This document shows, piece after piece, positions 16,986-26,489 of a stretch of 64,000 nt of DNA. The stretch lies in IMG/VR virus record IMGVR_UViG_3300027749_000055, positions 1-64,000 of that record. One strand, given 5' to 3'. This DNA comes from a virus. The translations under genes and the position numbers were made by a program. The notes under the pieces are model-generated. The model worked only from the letters and a program-made list of their open reading frames with translations, was not told where the DNA came from and made no database searches. How positions within the stretch are numbered: the stretch's first letter is position 1; each line of letters starts with the position of its first letter.

Positions 16986-19469
16986 TTATTGCGCCATTCC
17001 TCGCTGAGCAAGCGCAACAAGAAGGTCGCCCAACAATGAGTTGTCTTCTTGCTCGTCGTCGTCCGAGCCGTCAATGGCACGGTTCACGATTCCCCGCTTG
17101 CGCTCGATAAGAGCCGCAATGTCTTCGTCAATCGTGTTCTGCGTGAGCATTAGCCAACCCGTCACGGAGTCTGTCTGACCGATACGGTGGCAACGGTCTA
17201 CCGCTTGTTCCATATCGGCGGGAGTCCAACCTTGCTCGATAAACAGCACGTCGCTCGCTGCAGTCAGGGTCAGACCAACGCCAGCCGCCTTGATTTGGCA
17301 GGCGATTACCTTCTGGTCGTCTGACTGTTGAAATGCGTCCACGGCTTCCTGACGCTTCTTCATAGACACGCCACCCTGAATCTTGCAATTGCCCGCAAAG
17401 TTATCGGCAACCATATCCACGACTTCCGTGTGCCAACCAAAGACAACCAACTTTTTGTCCTGAGCAAGAAAATCCCGAATCCATTGCTCAGCCGCCTTCA
17501 TCTTCGCCTTGGCTGCGAGTTGCTTTAACGTCGAAATAGAAACAAGGTGTTCTGCGCCACGGGCACGAAGGGCACGTTGCCACGCTTCGTTCTGCGCTTC
17601 CTTGTCGGACGCACCGGACTCACGGGCAATGCGAAGAGCCTCTTCCGAGAGATACTTCACAATGTCGGCTTCCGCCTTCTTGTATTCCTTCATAATGTTC
17701 TTGTCGCCCTCAACGAGAACTTCAGACCACATCTTCGGGGGCAACTCGGTCAGCACGTCAGCCTTGCGACGGCGAACGTAACAGGTCGCACGGAGTTTGC
17801 GATTGAGCGAGGCAAGGGTGCGAGCGTTTGAGCGTCCGTAGGCGTTGCGGAATTGCGACGACCCACCGAAATCGCCCAAGCGGTTCAGCACTTTCAACTG
17901 CGTCATTAGTTCAAGGGGTTGGTTTACGATTGCCGTTCCCGATAGGCAGATACGAACGCCGTCGTCCGTCACTTTCTCGGAAAGCGAGATACACGCCTTG
18001 GCACGAATCGTGCTTCCGTTTTTGATGTAGTGGCTCTCGTCCAAGACCAAGCCCCTGATGTTGCCAAACTTGGAATACCAATGGTCGAGAATGTCGTAGT
18101 TCACGACGTAGATGTCAGCGTCGGGGAGGTTTCCGGACGTGCCCGACAGCACAGCGACCCGAACGCCGTCAATCCACCTCTCAGCCTCTCGCTTCCAATT
18201 TATTTTGAGCGAAGCGGGAACGACCACGACTGCGGGAAAAGCGTTAGCCGCTTTGAGAACGCCCAAGCCCTGCGGGGTCTTGCCTAATCCCATTTCGTCG
18301 CCAATCAGAACGCCCTCATTACCTTCACGAACCTTGGTGAACTTGCCGTCGGCATACTCAAAGCCCATAGCCCGCATTGCATAGCGAACGCCCGCACGTT
18401 GGTAGGGAAACAGTTGAAGGTTGGGCTTACCAAACCCTTCAATAATCAACTCAGCGTCGCTGGCGGACGACGAGGCAATAATGTCTCGAACGTCAGCGGC
18501 TTCTTGGAGAAGAGCCATTGCGTCGGGGGTGACGACAGCCTCTTGCAGTGTTACAAAAGCCAGCACTTCGTCGGCGGCTTCGATTGGAACAAGCCACGCT
18601 CGCTTTGACGGATTCCACGACGAACCAGGCATTTGCCTAACGAGCGAAATGGTCTGAGCGTCGTAAGGGAATGAAAGCGCAAAGTTACGTTCGTGAACGC
18701 TGACGACTGAGCCGTTGCCCATATCAACGTCGGGCAAATCCTTCACTTCGTCGGTGAGGGTGATGTTGTATTCCTCGGCAATCTTGCGGACAAAACCCAC
18801 ACATTCCTTGGAGACAATCCACAACTTTTTTGCGCTATCCCAACGGCGATTGGGAATCGTGCGAACTGCGTCCACAATGTTCGGGTTGTAGTCGAAGCGA
18901 AGGGCGATTGACCCCTCTAAGATGAAGGCGTGACCGGCTGGCTCGGCGGGATTAGCGGACGTGTCTACCTCGTTGAGAATCGCCGTTGCACGTTCAGTGA
19001 TTGGAATGTTGTAGCGACCAGCCCAAGTGACGACTGAGCCATACTTCGCCACGCTGACTTGCCAGCCTCGAAGGTCACGATTCCAAATCGCACCCAAGCC
19101 GGACTTCGGATAGGCAATGTCGCCGTAGGGCAAGAAAACCAGCACCTTGCCACCACGAACGTCAATGCAACGAATGTCGTCTGCACCACGGGCTTCCGGT
19201 GGTTCGGGAATGGCGGTGTAGTCAATTCCGCTCTTAGACAACTGACCCTGATACTTGTGAAGCATTGTCCACGCCTTGCGCTGAAGGGCTGGTGTCCACA
19301 CTTCGGGCGGGGTGCTGGCAAGTTTCTTGCCAAACTTCGAATCAGTGCCGTTGAAACCTTGACCGTCGCTAGACGACGCACCGTCGCAACGGGCGGCTAT
19401 CGCTTGGATAGCGGAAACGAGAATGGGATTTGGTGTGTGAGCGGTGGTTTGCTCTAGAGTCATAGTCAT
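16986..19469 (-). CDS. SNF2/SMARCAL1(HARP)-like helicase
   Basis: GDEMGLGKT, DESH, LSGT, QAVDRCHRIGQ; N-terminal repeated HARP-like W-rich units. Confidence 0.9.
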   Translation of the reverse strand: MTMTLEQTTAHTPNPILVSAIQAIAARCDGASSSDGQGFNGTDSKFGKKLASTPPEVWTPALQRKAWTMLHKYQGQLSKSGIDYTAIPEPPEARGADDIRCIDVRGGKVLVFLPYGDIAYPKSGLGAIWNRDLRGWQVSVAKYGSVVTWAGRYNIPITERATAILNEVDTSANPAEPAGHAFILEGSIALRFDYNPNIVDAVRTIPNRRWDSAKKLWIVSKECVGFVRKIAEEYNITLTDEVKDLPDVDMGNGSVVSVHERNFALSFPYDAQTISLVRQMPGSSWNPSKRAWLVPIEAADEVLAFVTLQEAVVTPDAMALLQEAADVRDIIASSSASDAELIIEGFGKPNLQLFPYQRAGVRYAMRAMGFEYADGKFTKVREGNEGVLIGDEMGLGKTPQGLGVLKAANAFPAVVVVPASLKINWKREAERWIDGVRVAVLSGTSGNLPDADIYVVNYDILDHWYSKFGNIRGLVLDESHYIKNGSTIRAKACISLSEKVTDDGVRICLSGTAIVNQPLELMTQLKVLNRLGDFGGSSQFRNAYGRSNARTLASLNRKLRATCYVRRRKADVLTELPPKMWSEVLVEGDKNIMKEYKKAEADIVKYLSEEALRIARESGASDKEAQNEAWQRALRARGAEHLVSISTLKQLAAKAKMKAAEQWIRDFLAQDKKLVVFGWHTEVVDMVADNFAGNCKIQGGVSMKKRQEAVDAFQQSDDQKVIACQIKAAGVGLTLTAASDVLFIEQGWTPADMEQAVDRCHRIGQTDSVTGWLMLTQNTIDEDIAALIERKRGIVNRAIDGSDDDEQEDNSLLGDLLVALAQRGMAQ

Positions 19470-19553
19470 ACCCATACTTTACCACGGTTGAGAGGCAGAA
19501 TCTAGTTATTTTGGGCGGTTACAAGAGATTTCTTATAACCTAGGCGGAATTGC

Positions 19554-19817
19554 CTACTTACCTCGGTTGTGGTGTTTGAACAAGGCTTGCTCGGTGGTGT
19601 TAGCCCACTCCGCAATCGTGCGCCAAGTAATTCCGTGTTCACGGAGACGGGTGACGGTCTGGCGACGGTCAATTCCCAACTCCACGACCTTCTTCTCGCT
19701 ATCACGCATTTGCTTGCATACGTCCTGAATGTGTTGTAGCAGTGAAGCGACTTCGGGCGAGTAGTCCTCGTCAATCGTCTTGCGGGTGGGTAGCGGGGTC
19801 ATAGGGTCTTTGGGCAT
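19554..19817 (-). CDS. HTH DNA-binding protein
   Basis: GITWRTIAEWANTTEQAL. Confidence 0.7.
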   Translation of the reverse strand: MPKDPMTPLPTRKTIDEDYSPEVASLLQHIQDVCKQMRDSEKKVVELGIDRRQTVTRLREHGITWRTIAEWANTTEQALFKHHNRGK

Positions 19818-20022
19818 TGGAGTATTCCTTTCGCACGGTTGAGTGTAGTCGGGTTTGGAACGGGCTGTCTAGTTGGTTTCAGAAGAATCGCTTTTTACCA
19901 CTTCAGCGACCTTGCATTGGTTGGCGCAGAACCACTCCCCAGACACAAAAAATGCCCGAAGACGACAAAATAAGCAGTGACCTGCCTCGACTTCGGTGGG
20001 GACTAGATTTTCCATAACCCCA

Positions 20023-20397
20023 CTATACCTCAATAATGGTAATTTCTAGTGCGTCCCGTCCGAACTGCGGTGCTAAAAACGTCAGTTTGGTAACTATGTT
20101 GGCGTTATCGTCAATCAACACGCCTGCGTCCACAATTCCGTCAATGGCGGCTTTGACCACAGGGAAACAAGCCCCTACGTCTTGACGGTATCGAGCGTTC
20201 AGGACATACGGCTGAACCACGACCTCGATTTGTTCCAAATGTGGAACCATTGCGTCTTGCGCCAACTCGCAGAAAATCTGCCGCCAAGATTTCACTACTT
20301 TCGCCCGTGCGTGGTGGTGGACGGTGCGTTCCTTGTTGAGCGTGAAATCGGGGCGTTCTTCGTGAACAAGAACGTAGGACTTGGTTTTTTTGCTCAC
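20023..20397 (-). CDS. RusA-like Holliday junction resolvase
   Basis: D....VKAAIDGIVDAGVLIDDN motif. Confidence 0.75.
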   Translation of the reverse strand: MSKKTKSYVLVHEERPDFTLNKERTVHHHARAKVVKSWRQIFCELAQDAMVPHLEQIEVVVQPYVLNARYRQDVGACFPVVKAAIDGIVDAGVLIDDNANIVTKLTFLAPQFGRDALEITIIEV

Positions 20398-20882
20398 AGG
20401 CTCAGCACCTTGAAGGGCGCACGGACTTGGGCGGTGTGATACGCCGAGGCTTTGAGTGCGGTGGTAATACGGTCTTTGCCCGTCATAGTGGTTCCTTGCA
20501 GGGCGAACATTGCGGACATTGCCGATAAGCCTCCTGCGCCAATAGCCGTATAGTTCTCACGAAGTCGAACTACCGAGAAATCATTTCCAATTACCCATAC
20601 GCCCACAACACTAATTACCAAAATCGTTGTGTCGTTTTCGGCTTGCGACGAAGAATTGGATATCCACCAACTTTCAAGGTGGTCACGGAGTTTGTGAGGG
20701 TCGCCAATAAAAGAATCGTAGGCAATCTCCGCAAGACGGAACCCCCCAGAAGCACCCAGAAGGTAATCCTCAGCCTTCCAAACCTTGATTTCGGTCAGCG
20801 ACACGCTGTCTTCGTCAAATGCGCCGGAATCTCCGCCAATCCACGCTTGCTTCTTGTCGTGCCAGCCAACGATAACGGTCAT
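20394..20882 (-). CDS. HslV/proteasome-like Ntn hydrolase
   Basis: N-terminal MT-VIVG, GGDS, K, AIGAG. Confidence 0.75.
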   Translation of the reverse strand: MTVIVGWHDKKQAWIGGDSGAFDEDSVSLTEIKVWKAEDYLLGASGGFRLAEIAYDSFIGDPHKLRDHLESWWISNSSSQAENDTTILVISVVGVWVIGNDFSVVRLRENYTAIGAGGLSAMSAMFALQGTTMTGKDRITTALKASAYHTAQVRAPFKVLSL

Positions 20883-20913
20883 AGGGCAAGAATACTAGAC
20901 CCTAGTGAAATAT

Positions 20914-21432
20914 TTAGATTGAGCCTCGCATACTTGTTCCAAAATCGTTGATTTGACGCATTACAGAGCCCCAAGCACAGTTGTAGTGGCGACCTTCGAT
21001 ACTGCCGTCGGCGTTGCGGGCAAAGTCCTTTTTAGACGGAATCCAAGTGACCTTCACATAGGAGTCAGGCTTGCTCTCTCCCTCGGCTGGCTCGCTCATC
21101 TTTTTTGCACAAACTTTGCAAACAACCTTGTCTATGTCGGGCGAACCCGCTGCCAACTCGACAGTTTGAGCGTTGCGAAGTCGAAGTTTGGAAAACGCTG
21201 TCTTGATAGCGGCGAGCGTGTCGCCAACTTGAATCTTGTGCCACTCCGAGTTGAGGTTGGAACGGAAGACACCGTTACGTCCAGCAACGTAGTCGTGGGT
21301 GTGAGCGTCGGGCATATGCTTACCCGCAATTTGGCTACTGCCAGCGGGGTAACGCCCCGAACCCGGCCCACCTTTAGTCAGCGGGAAGAAATGCTCGTTG
21401 ATGAGATTTTCGGTGGAAAACGGGTTCGTCAT
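20914..21432 (-). CDS. leader/KGG-motif protein of unknown function
   Basis: Start re-called at MTNPFSTENLINEHFFPLTK|GGPGSGRY; CKVC...HYNC. Confidence 0.75.
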   Translation of the reverse strand: MTNPFSTENLINEHFFPLTKGGPGSGRYPAGSSQIAGKHMPDAHTHDYVAGRNGVFRSNLNSEWHKIQVGDTLAAIKTAFSKLRLRNAQTVELAAGSPDIDKVVCKVCAKKMSEPAEGESKPDSYVKVTWIPSKKDFARNADGSIEGRHYNCAWGSVMRQINDFGTSMRGSI

Positions 21433-21457
21433 ACTTGTAACGATACAACAGGGTTGG

Positions 21458-21685
21458 TTATTTTCCGTTCTTGATTTGGAAGATGACCGACGGGTACGGG
21501 CGTGGGTCGGCAATGTGTTTTTTCGCCCCTGCCTCCGCCGTGGGCTTGGTGAAAAACCGCTCTAGCCACCCGCAAGAACACTTGGCTTCAAACATATTTC
21601 CAAACATTTGCGACTTGTAGTCCTCAACGGTTGCTGAGTGGTCATCATTCGCAAAAGCGGGAGCGGTCTTCTTCTTAGGGGGCAT
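21458..21685 (-). CDS. hypothetical protein (CSCGW...H)
   Basis: Start MPPKKK overlaps upstream stop. Confidence 0.55.
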   Translation of the reverse strand: MPPKKKTAPAFANDDHSATVEDYKSQMFGNMFEAKCSCGWLERFFTKPTAEAGAKKHIADPRPYPSVIFQIKNGK

Positions 21686-22023
21686 TAGATGTTGCGCTTG
21701 AACAATTCCCAGAACCGTGCGCCACGCTTGACGACAACAATCCATTGGTCGTAGCACATACGTCCCTCACGATATCCCACACACTCCCAAATGGTTCCAA
21801 TGGGCGTGTTCCACGAATCGGGCAAGTCGCAGTTGTGCGGGCTGTAAATAATTCGACCCGTGGGCGGTTGAGGGTGGTGGTGTTCTACCTCAGGAGACGG
21901 CTTAGTGAAATGTTTGCGGTAAGCCTCTTCGCTCATCTTGGGCGCAGAAACAACCCGCCACGGCAGGTTCTTGTTTTCGGCGTTCCATTTGTTTATAAAA
22001 TTCTTGCGCTCTTCGTCGGACAT
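21685..22023 (-). CDS. hypothetical protein
   Basis: HNCDLP...GTIWEC. Confidence 0.6.
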   Translation of the reverse strand: MSDEERKNFINKWNAENKNLPWRVVSAPKMSEEAYRKHFTKPSPEVEHHHPQPPTGRIIYSPHNCDLPDSWNTPIGTIWECVGYREGRMCYDQWIVVVKRGARFWELFKRNI

Positions 22024-22175
22024 TACTTCCCCATAGCCTTGTGAGCCTCACGACGCTCTGCGTTTCGCCTGTGTAGTGAAGCACGGTTTACGGTTTGTAT
22101 ATTAGACCTGTGCTTGCGTAGGCGCAAGCGTGTTTCGAATCGAGCCAACTCACTGAAAAAAAACATCGGAAACCT

Positions 22176-22697
22176 TTAGGACTGAGGACGAATTGCAATC
22201 CACAATTGCGTGGGAGTAACAGTATAAATGTCGTCCCAATCAAAGTAGACACCGCCATATCGCAGTGCTTCCGCTGCAAGGGCTGAACAAATCCACGTTC
22301 CATTGCGTCGAACCGACAAAAACCAATCGGGGGTCAAAATGTCCGTGGCGATACACAGGTCGCTCAAAAGTCCATACGGTTTACCCACCTGAGCGTGAGC
22401 AAAGTCAGCCACCCTGTTTGGATTTACTTCCTTTGGCGGGTGAACAATATGAATTGACGCACCTGATTCAATTAGGTTGTGAAGGTTACTTACCACCACG
22501 CCCTTCAGGGTCGCTTGGGCAATCCAAATTTCGTTAGCAAGTTCCCCAACGCTTACCACAACAAAGGTGTGGTTCCACTCACACTCACGCCACTTTAATT
22601 TTTCACCGGCTCTAATCAAGCCACCAAGAACTCCGGTGGTGTGGGCAAATCCAATATCGCCAACTTTGATTTCGCCTTCAGTGACGAGGCGGGGCAT
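22176..22697 (-). CDS. permuted papain-like (YiiX/YaeF) protein
   Basis: GDI...WNH...QVGKPY...WICSAL...VTP order (His before Cys). Confidence 0.8.
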   Translation of the reverse strand: MPRLVTEGEIKVGDIGFAHTTGVLGGLIRAGEKLKWRECEWNHTFVVVSVGELANEIWIAQATLKGVVVSNLHNLIESGASIHIVHPPKEVNPNRVADFAHAQVGKPYGLLSDLCIATDILTPDWFLSVRRNGTWICSALAAEALRYGGVYFDWDDIYTVTPTQLWIAIRPQS

Positions 22698-22732
22698 TTT
22701 TAGGGAAGCGGTCACGGGTAAGAGCCTACAAG

Positions 22733-23212
22733 TCATTCCCAAGAATGTTTGGTAAGCCCTAAAGCGTGGGCTTCTTCGGGGTTGTCTTCAATCCAAGTGT
22801 TGTGGTGGTTGCAGACCAAAATGATTCCCGATACGTCAAGAAGGTTCTCGTCTGTGCGTCCAGCCCGTGCCCGTGAGAGGATTTCGTGTCCGTTCACTTC
22901 GCCCCAGCACATTGTTGGGAGAATGTCTCGAACTGAACATTTCCAATCCTCACGCTTGCCGAAATGCTCTTCGAGAGCGATACGGCGTTTCTTATTTACT
23001 TCTTTGCGTCTGTCGCTTATTGGCTTCAGGGCGGTGCGCTTCATCGTCGAAGTCTTGCGCTCTAACGGCTTGCGTTGCAGCGTTTTTGTTTGACGCTCAG
23101 AAGCCCGACAGGACTTGCACCGTGGCAAATACTTGTCGGGCTTGTCTTTGCGTTGAATGAACTCGGTTAGTGGCAGTATCTCCCGACACGACCCGCACCG
23201 CTTGTTGTCCAT
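22733..23212 (-). CDS. HNH-like endonuclease with N-terminal Zn finger
   Basis: CGSC...CKSC; GHE...VCNHHN. Confidence 0.7.
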   Translation of the reverse strand: MDNKRCGSCREILPLTEFIQRKDKPDKYLPRCKSCRASERQTKTLQRKPLERKTSTMKRTALKPISDRRKEVNKKRRIALEEHFGKREDWKCSVRDILPTMCWGEVNGHEILSRARAGRTDENLLDVSGIILVCNHHNTWIEDNPEEAHALGLTKHSWE

Positions 23213-23307
23213 TAGTTGTCGTCTTTCAGGCGGAAGCAGTGGTTAATCACAGCGACTATCAGCACCAAGGCATTTATGCCCAGCCAAAAACAAACGACGT
23301 TGAACAA

Positions 23308-23880
23308 TTACTGCAGAGTGTTGTTGGCGTTCGACAAGGCGTTCGACAGGTTCTCAATGTCTTTGCCAACCGCCGAACTTGCGTCGATGAAGCCCTGCGT
23401 CACGTCGCCACCGTTCTGAATGTTCGAGATTGACGTAATGCCCTCAAACGAAAGCGTCTGAACATCGTTTGCCAATTGTTGAACTACCTGAGTGGTTGTC
23501 ACGTCGGGCGAGATTGAGTCAGAGTCCAAGTTCGTAGCGTCCTGCCCCAGCGTTGCGAGGTCAGAGGTAGCCGCAGAAGCGTCGTTGTTGTTCAGGTCGG
23601 CAAGCGTGGTGGTGTAGTCCGAACGGAACTGCGAGAAAAGGGGCTGAAAGTTTGCTTTCCAATCAGACCACTGCGACGAGAGGCTCTGCGTCGTAGGGGT
23701 GGTGTCCTGAGTCGAGGGCGTGTTGTTGCTATTTCCATTGTTGTTACCACCGCTCGCACCGGCGATAATCAAAACCACCACAACGACGGCAACGCCAATA
23801 GCAATCTTGGCGTTCTTACTCAGGGTGTTCCAGCCCGACTTCGGTTCAGCCGTCGGGGTGGGGGTTGGGGTTGCTTCCAT
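23308..23880 (-). CDS. membrane-anchored extracytoplasmic protein
   Basis: Single TM, N/T-rich linker, helical domain; AAGGAGGAAC RBS; own promoter near 23927-23942. Confidence 0.7.
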   Translation of the reverse strand: MEATPTPTPTAEPKSGWNTLSKNAKIAIGVAVVVVVLIIAGASGGNNNGNSNNTPSTQDTTPTTQSLSSQWSDWKANFQPLFSQFRSDYTTTLADLNNNDASAATSDLATLGQDATNLDSDSISPDVTTTQVVQQLANDVQTLSFEGITSISNIQNGGDVTQGFIDASSAVGKDIENLSNALSNANNTLQ

Positions 23881-23900
23881 TGTCTGTTCCTCCTTGGGAA

Positions 23901-24437
23901 TCAGTCGCCTTGTGGCGCACTGAGAGACTCTACCACAGTTGATTTGAGAAGCGCAACATTTCCTGATTCAAGGGCAAATCCCTTGCTTGCGATAATTTGC
24001 TGGTCGGACTTGTTTTTGAGTTGTTCATACATTTTGTTGAACTGCGCTCGAACCGTCGTGATGTTATCCGTCTGGCAGATGTGCCAGTAACCCAATGCCT
24101 TGACGGTTTGACGAATCAAATCGTGCGACCAAGGGGGGCGAGCCTCAAACTGATAAACGCCGTAGCGTTCAGCCACGTCCTGCACTTCAACCCACGCCTC
24201 GGCCGGAGACGGGGCAAGAAATCCTTGTAACTCGGCGGACTTTTTGCGGAGAGCCGCCACACTCGGCGGACGTTCTTCGGTCAAAATCCATTGCGTCGCC
24301 GCTTTATGAATTACGGTGGCGGGAATGTCCTGCAGTGCCCTGTGAAATACCAGCACGGTTTCCTTGGGCGCACTCCACGACGGATATGCGCCTGCGATAA
24401 TAGCCATCACCTCGGCTGTCTCTTGCGGTGTGGTCAC
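23901..24437 (-). CDS. helicase loader/inhibitor (G39P-like)
   Basis: MT..ET..VM.II.GAYP...PPSVA...EAW; directly follows the initiator. Confidence 0.7.
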   Translation of the reverse strand: MTTPQETAEVMAIIAGAYPSWSAPKETVLVFHRALQDIPATVIHKAATQWILTEERPPSVAALRKKSAELQGFLAPSPAEAWVEVQDVAERYGVYQFEARPPWSHDLIRQTVKALGYWHICQTDNITTVRAQFNKMYEQLKNKSDQQIIASKGFALESGNVALLKSTVVESLSAPQGD

Positions 24438-25279
24438 TGAACTTCCTCCAAAAATTGTATGATTCCGCTAAAGCCCTTGGGCTGTGTCTTCTTGAAATCC
24501 TTTTCCGCCTGAAGACGAAGGCGGTCATACTGCTTACGCAACTTGGCGGGGCTGAGAATGTTAGCCCGCCAGAAATCGCTGGCTTGTGCCCAGCGAATCA
24601 GAACCTCGACCTCAACGGGGTCACGCTTGTCTATGCGAATGGTCTTCTCAATGTCTCGCACCCACGCCGCCGTAACCGTTGGGGGCTTACAGCCGTTCTC
24701 GACAATCAACGTGGCGAGCAGCGTCGCTAAACGGTGAGGCTCAACCCACTTGCCCGCAGTCAAATCGTTTGCGGTTAGTTCGTCGTCGTCAGGGTCATAA
24801 ATCTCAGCCTCGACAACGACGAAAGAATCCGCCCCGAAGGGTGCGGCCTCCATTTCAGTTATTTCTACTTCATCAGTATTTACTAATAAATCAGTTCTTA
24901 CTATGTCTACGGGTTTGCCGTATACGGCTGAACCGTTTACGGTTTTACCGTATACGGTTTTGCCGACTACGGTGGAATCGGAAATGTCGTGGACGATTCG
25001 TTCCATTTCACTAAACTCGCCACCTTCGCAGCGGGTCTGTTCCTGCGTGATGTAACCAGCCGTCTCTAGTTCGTTGAGGATTCGATAAACCTTCTCTCGA
25101 CCAGCGGACGGCGATTCACTGATGAGGTGCTTTACGTTCACCTTCCAATGGTCGGGCTTGGATAGGAGATAAACGAGAAGCCCACGGGCTTCCCAAGACA
25201 AGCGGGAATCGGTGATTGTCGGATTACTGACGATAGTGAAGTTCCTACGAAGGGCTGAGGGCGAACGACGAATAGCCAC
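24434..25279 (-). CDS. replication initiator protein
   Basis: NFTIVSN...LSWEARGLL.YLLSKPD.W HTH; FW..NILSPAKLRKQYD C-terminus. Confidence 0.85.
   Translation of the reverse strand: MAIRRSPSALRRNFTIVSNPTITDSRLSWEARGLLVYLLSKPDHWKVNVKHLISESPSAGREKVYRILNELETAGYITQEQTRCEGGEFSEMERIVHDISDSTVVGKTVYGKTVNGSAVYGKPVDIVRTDLLVNTDEVEITEMEAAPFGADSFVVVEAEIYDPDDDELTANDLTAGKWVEPHRLATLLATLIVENGCKPPTVTAAWVRDIEKTIRIDKRDPVEVEVLIRWAQASDFWRANILSPAKLRKQYDRLRLQAEKDFKKTQPKGFSGIIQFLEEVQ
24908..24972. repeat. iteron array / probable origin of replication
   Basis: About four tandem 15-bp units TACGG-N5-CCG(TA) inside the initiator gene. Confidence 0.7.
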
Positions 25280-25401
25280 GGTGTCTCCTTTCTGTGTAAG
25301 TGGAGTAGCACTCTACACTCAACTGTCGTCAAATGGGTGTAGACACGAAAAGACCACCCCAGCATTTCTGCCAAGGCGGTCTTCTCCACTGCGGGTCTGC
25401 C

Positions 25402-26310
25402 CTACGAGGGAATGACCTCTTCGGCTTCGCCGTCCCCACCCTCAATGTAAGTCAGAAGGTCAATGACTTCCTGATAACGGGTTTCGGTGAGTTGCGCCAC
25501 CTTCGGCAAGTTTGCCTCCGACCACGCCTTCTTCAACGCCGACTTAGTTTCGGGATTGAGGTTGGCAATGCGGTTCTCGACAGCGTTGCGCTTGTTTGAG
25601 TCAAGCAACGGCTCGCCAGCGTTGAGCCACGTCGTGAACGTGTCCAATGCTTCCTGCGAGTTAGCCGGAGTAAAGGTGCGGTCAGCGAGAGCGACGCAAC
25701 GGGTCTTTGATACGGAAGCACGGTGCTGAGCGTCAATGTCGAAGACGAGGGTGAACTCGTATTCGATACCGTCACGCTGTTGCGGGGCGAGTCCGACTTT
25801 GCGAATTTCGGTCTTGCCCTTCTCGTTCTTGTCCATAGCCCACTCGGTCTTTGAGCGCATAGTGACGACAATGTGCCCGTTGAACGAGAGCAGTGCGTCA
25901 ATCATCTGCTGTTGAATCGGAGTGCCGACCGCCCACGCACGATACGAATTGTTGAGACGAGCGTTTGCTTCCTCAACAATTTCGAGAGTACCTCCCTTGC
26001 CCGACCAGAAGTGAGTAAGTGAGTCAATGACGACGACCGCATACTCTTCTTGCTCGGCAACACGAAGAACCTCGACGAGACGCTGGGGGTTGTAGGGCGG
26101 TGAAAACGACAAGGTGTCGAAAGCAAACTTGTCTGCGTAGAGCGAAGCGGAACTGCGCTCGGTGTCTATCACGGCAATCTTTCCGCCGTCAGCCAACTCG
26201 GTTGCCATTTGCAATGACCAATAGGTTTTGCCGGAACCGGACGGCCCGCTGAAAGCGACCCGTGCCTTTGCCTGCGACTTCTTTGCCTTGCTAAACAATG
26301 AACTACTCAT
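25402..26310 (-). CDS. AAA ATPase, Sak4-like recombinase
   Basis: GPSGSGKT, IDTE, VIDSLTH, GIEYEF. Confidence 0.85.
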   Translation of the reverse strand: MSSSLFSKAKKSQAKARVAFSGPSGSGKTYWSLQMATELADGGKIAVIDTERSSASLYADKFAFDTLSFSPPYNPQRLVEVLRVAEQEEYAVVVIDSLTHFWSGKGGTLEIVEEANARLNNSYRAWAVGTPIQQQMIDALLSFNGHIVVTMRSKTEWAMDKNEKGKTEIRKVGLAPQQRDGIEYEFTLVFDIDAQHRASVSKTRCVALADRTFTPANSQEALDTFTTWLNAGEPLLDSNKRNAVENRIANLNPETKSALKKAWSEANLPKVAQLTETRYQEVIDLLTYIEGGDGEAEEVIPS

Positions 26311-26351
26311 TTTGAGCCTCCTGTATCTATCTGTCCTAATGTCCTGCGGTC

Positions 26352-26381
26352 AGTGTAGTGCGTAAACACAACCCCCGTCAA
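26352..26381 (-). promoter_or_regulatory. leftward sigma70-type promoter
   Basis: TTGACG-N18-TACACT. Confidence 0.6.
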
Positions 26382-26390
26382 GTCAAGAAA

Positions 26391-26456
26391 CCGTGGAACC
26401 CCCGTTTAGTAGTTTCCCTTGTACCGTGGAACCCCCGTTTAGTAGTTTCCCTTGTA
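26391..26456. repeat. perfect 33-bp tandem duplication
   Basis: ccgtggaacccccgtttagtagtttcccttgta x2. Confidence 0.95.
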
Positions 26457-26489
26457 ATTACAGGGGTTTGAAGTTTCTTGTTCAATGAT

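Noticed and set aside
22176-22697. YiiX-like protein as the endolysin
   Set aside because: Not in the lysis cassette and no cell-wall-binding domain; no endolysin could be supported in this window
26391-26456. 33-bp repeat as a mini CRISPR array
   Set aside because: Copies are directly adjacent with no spacer
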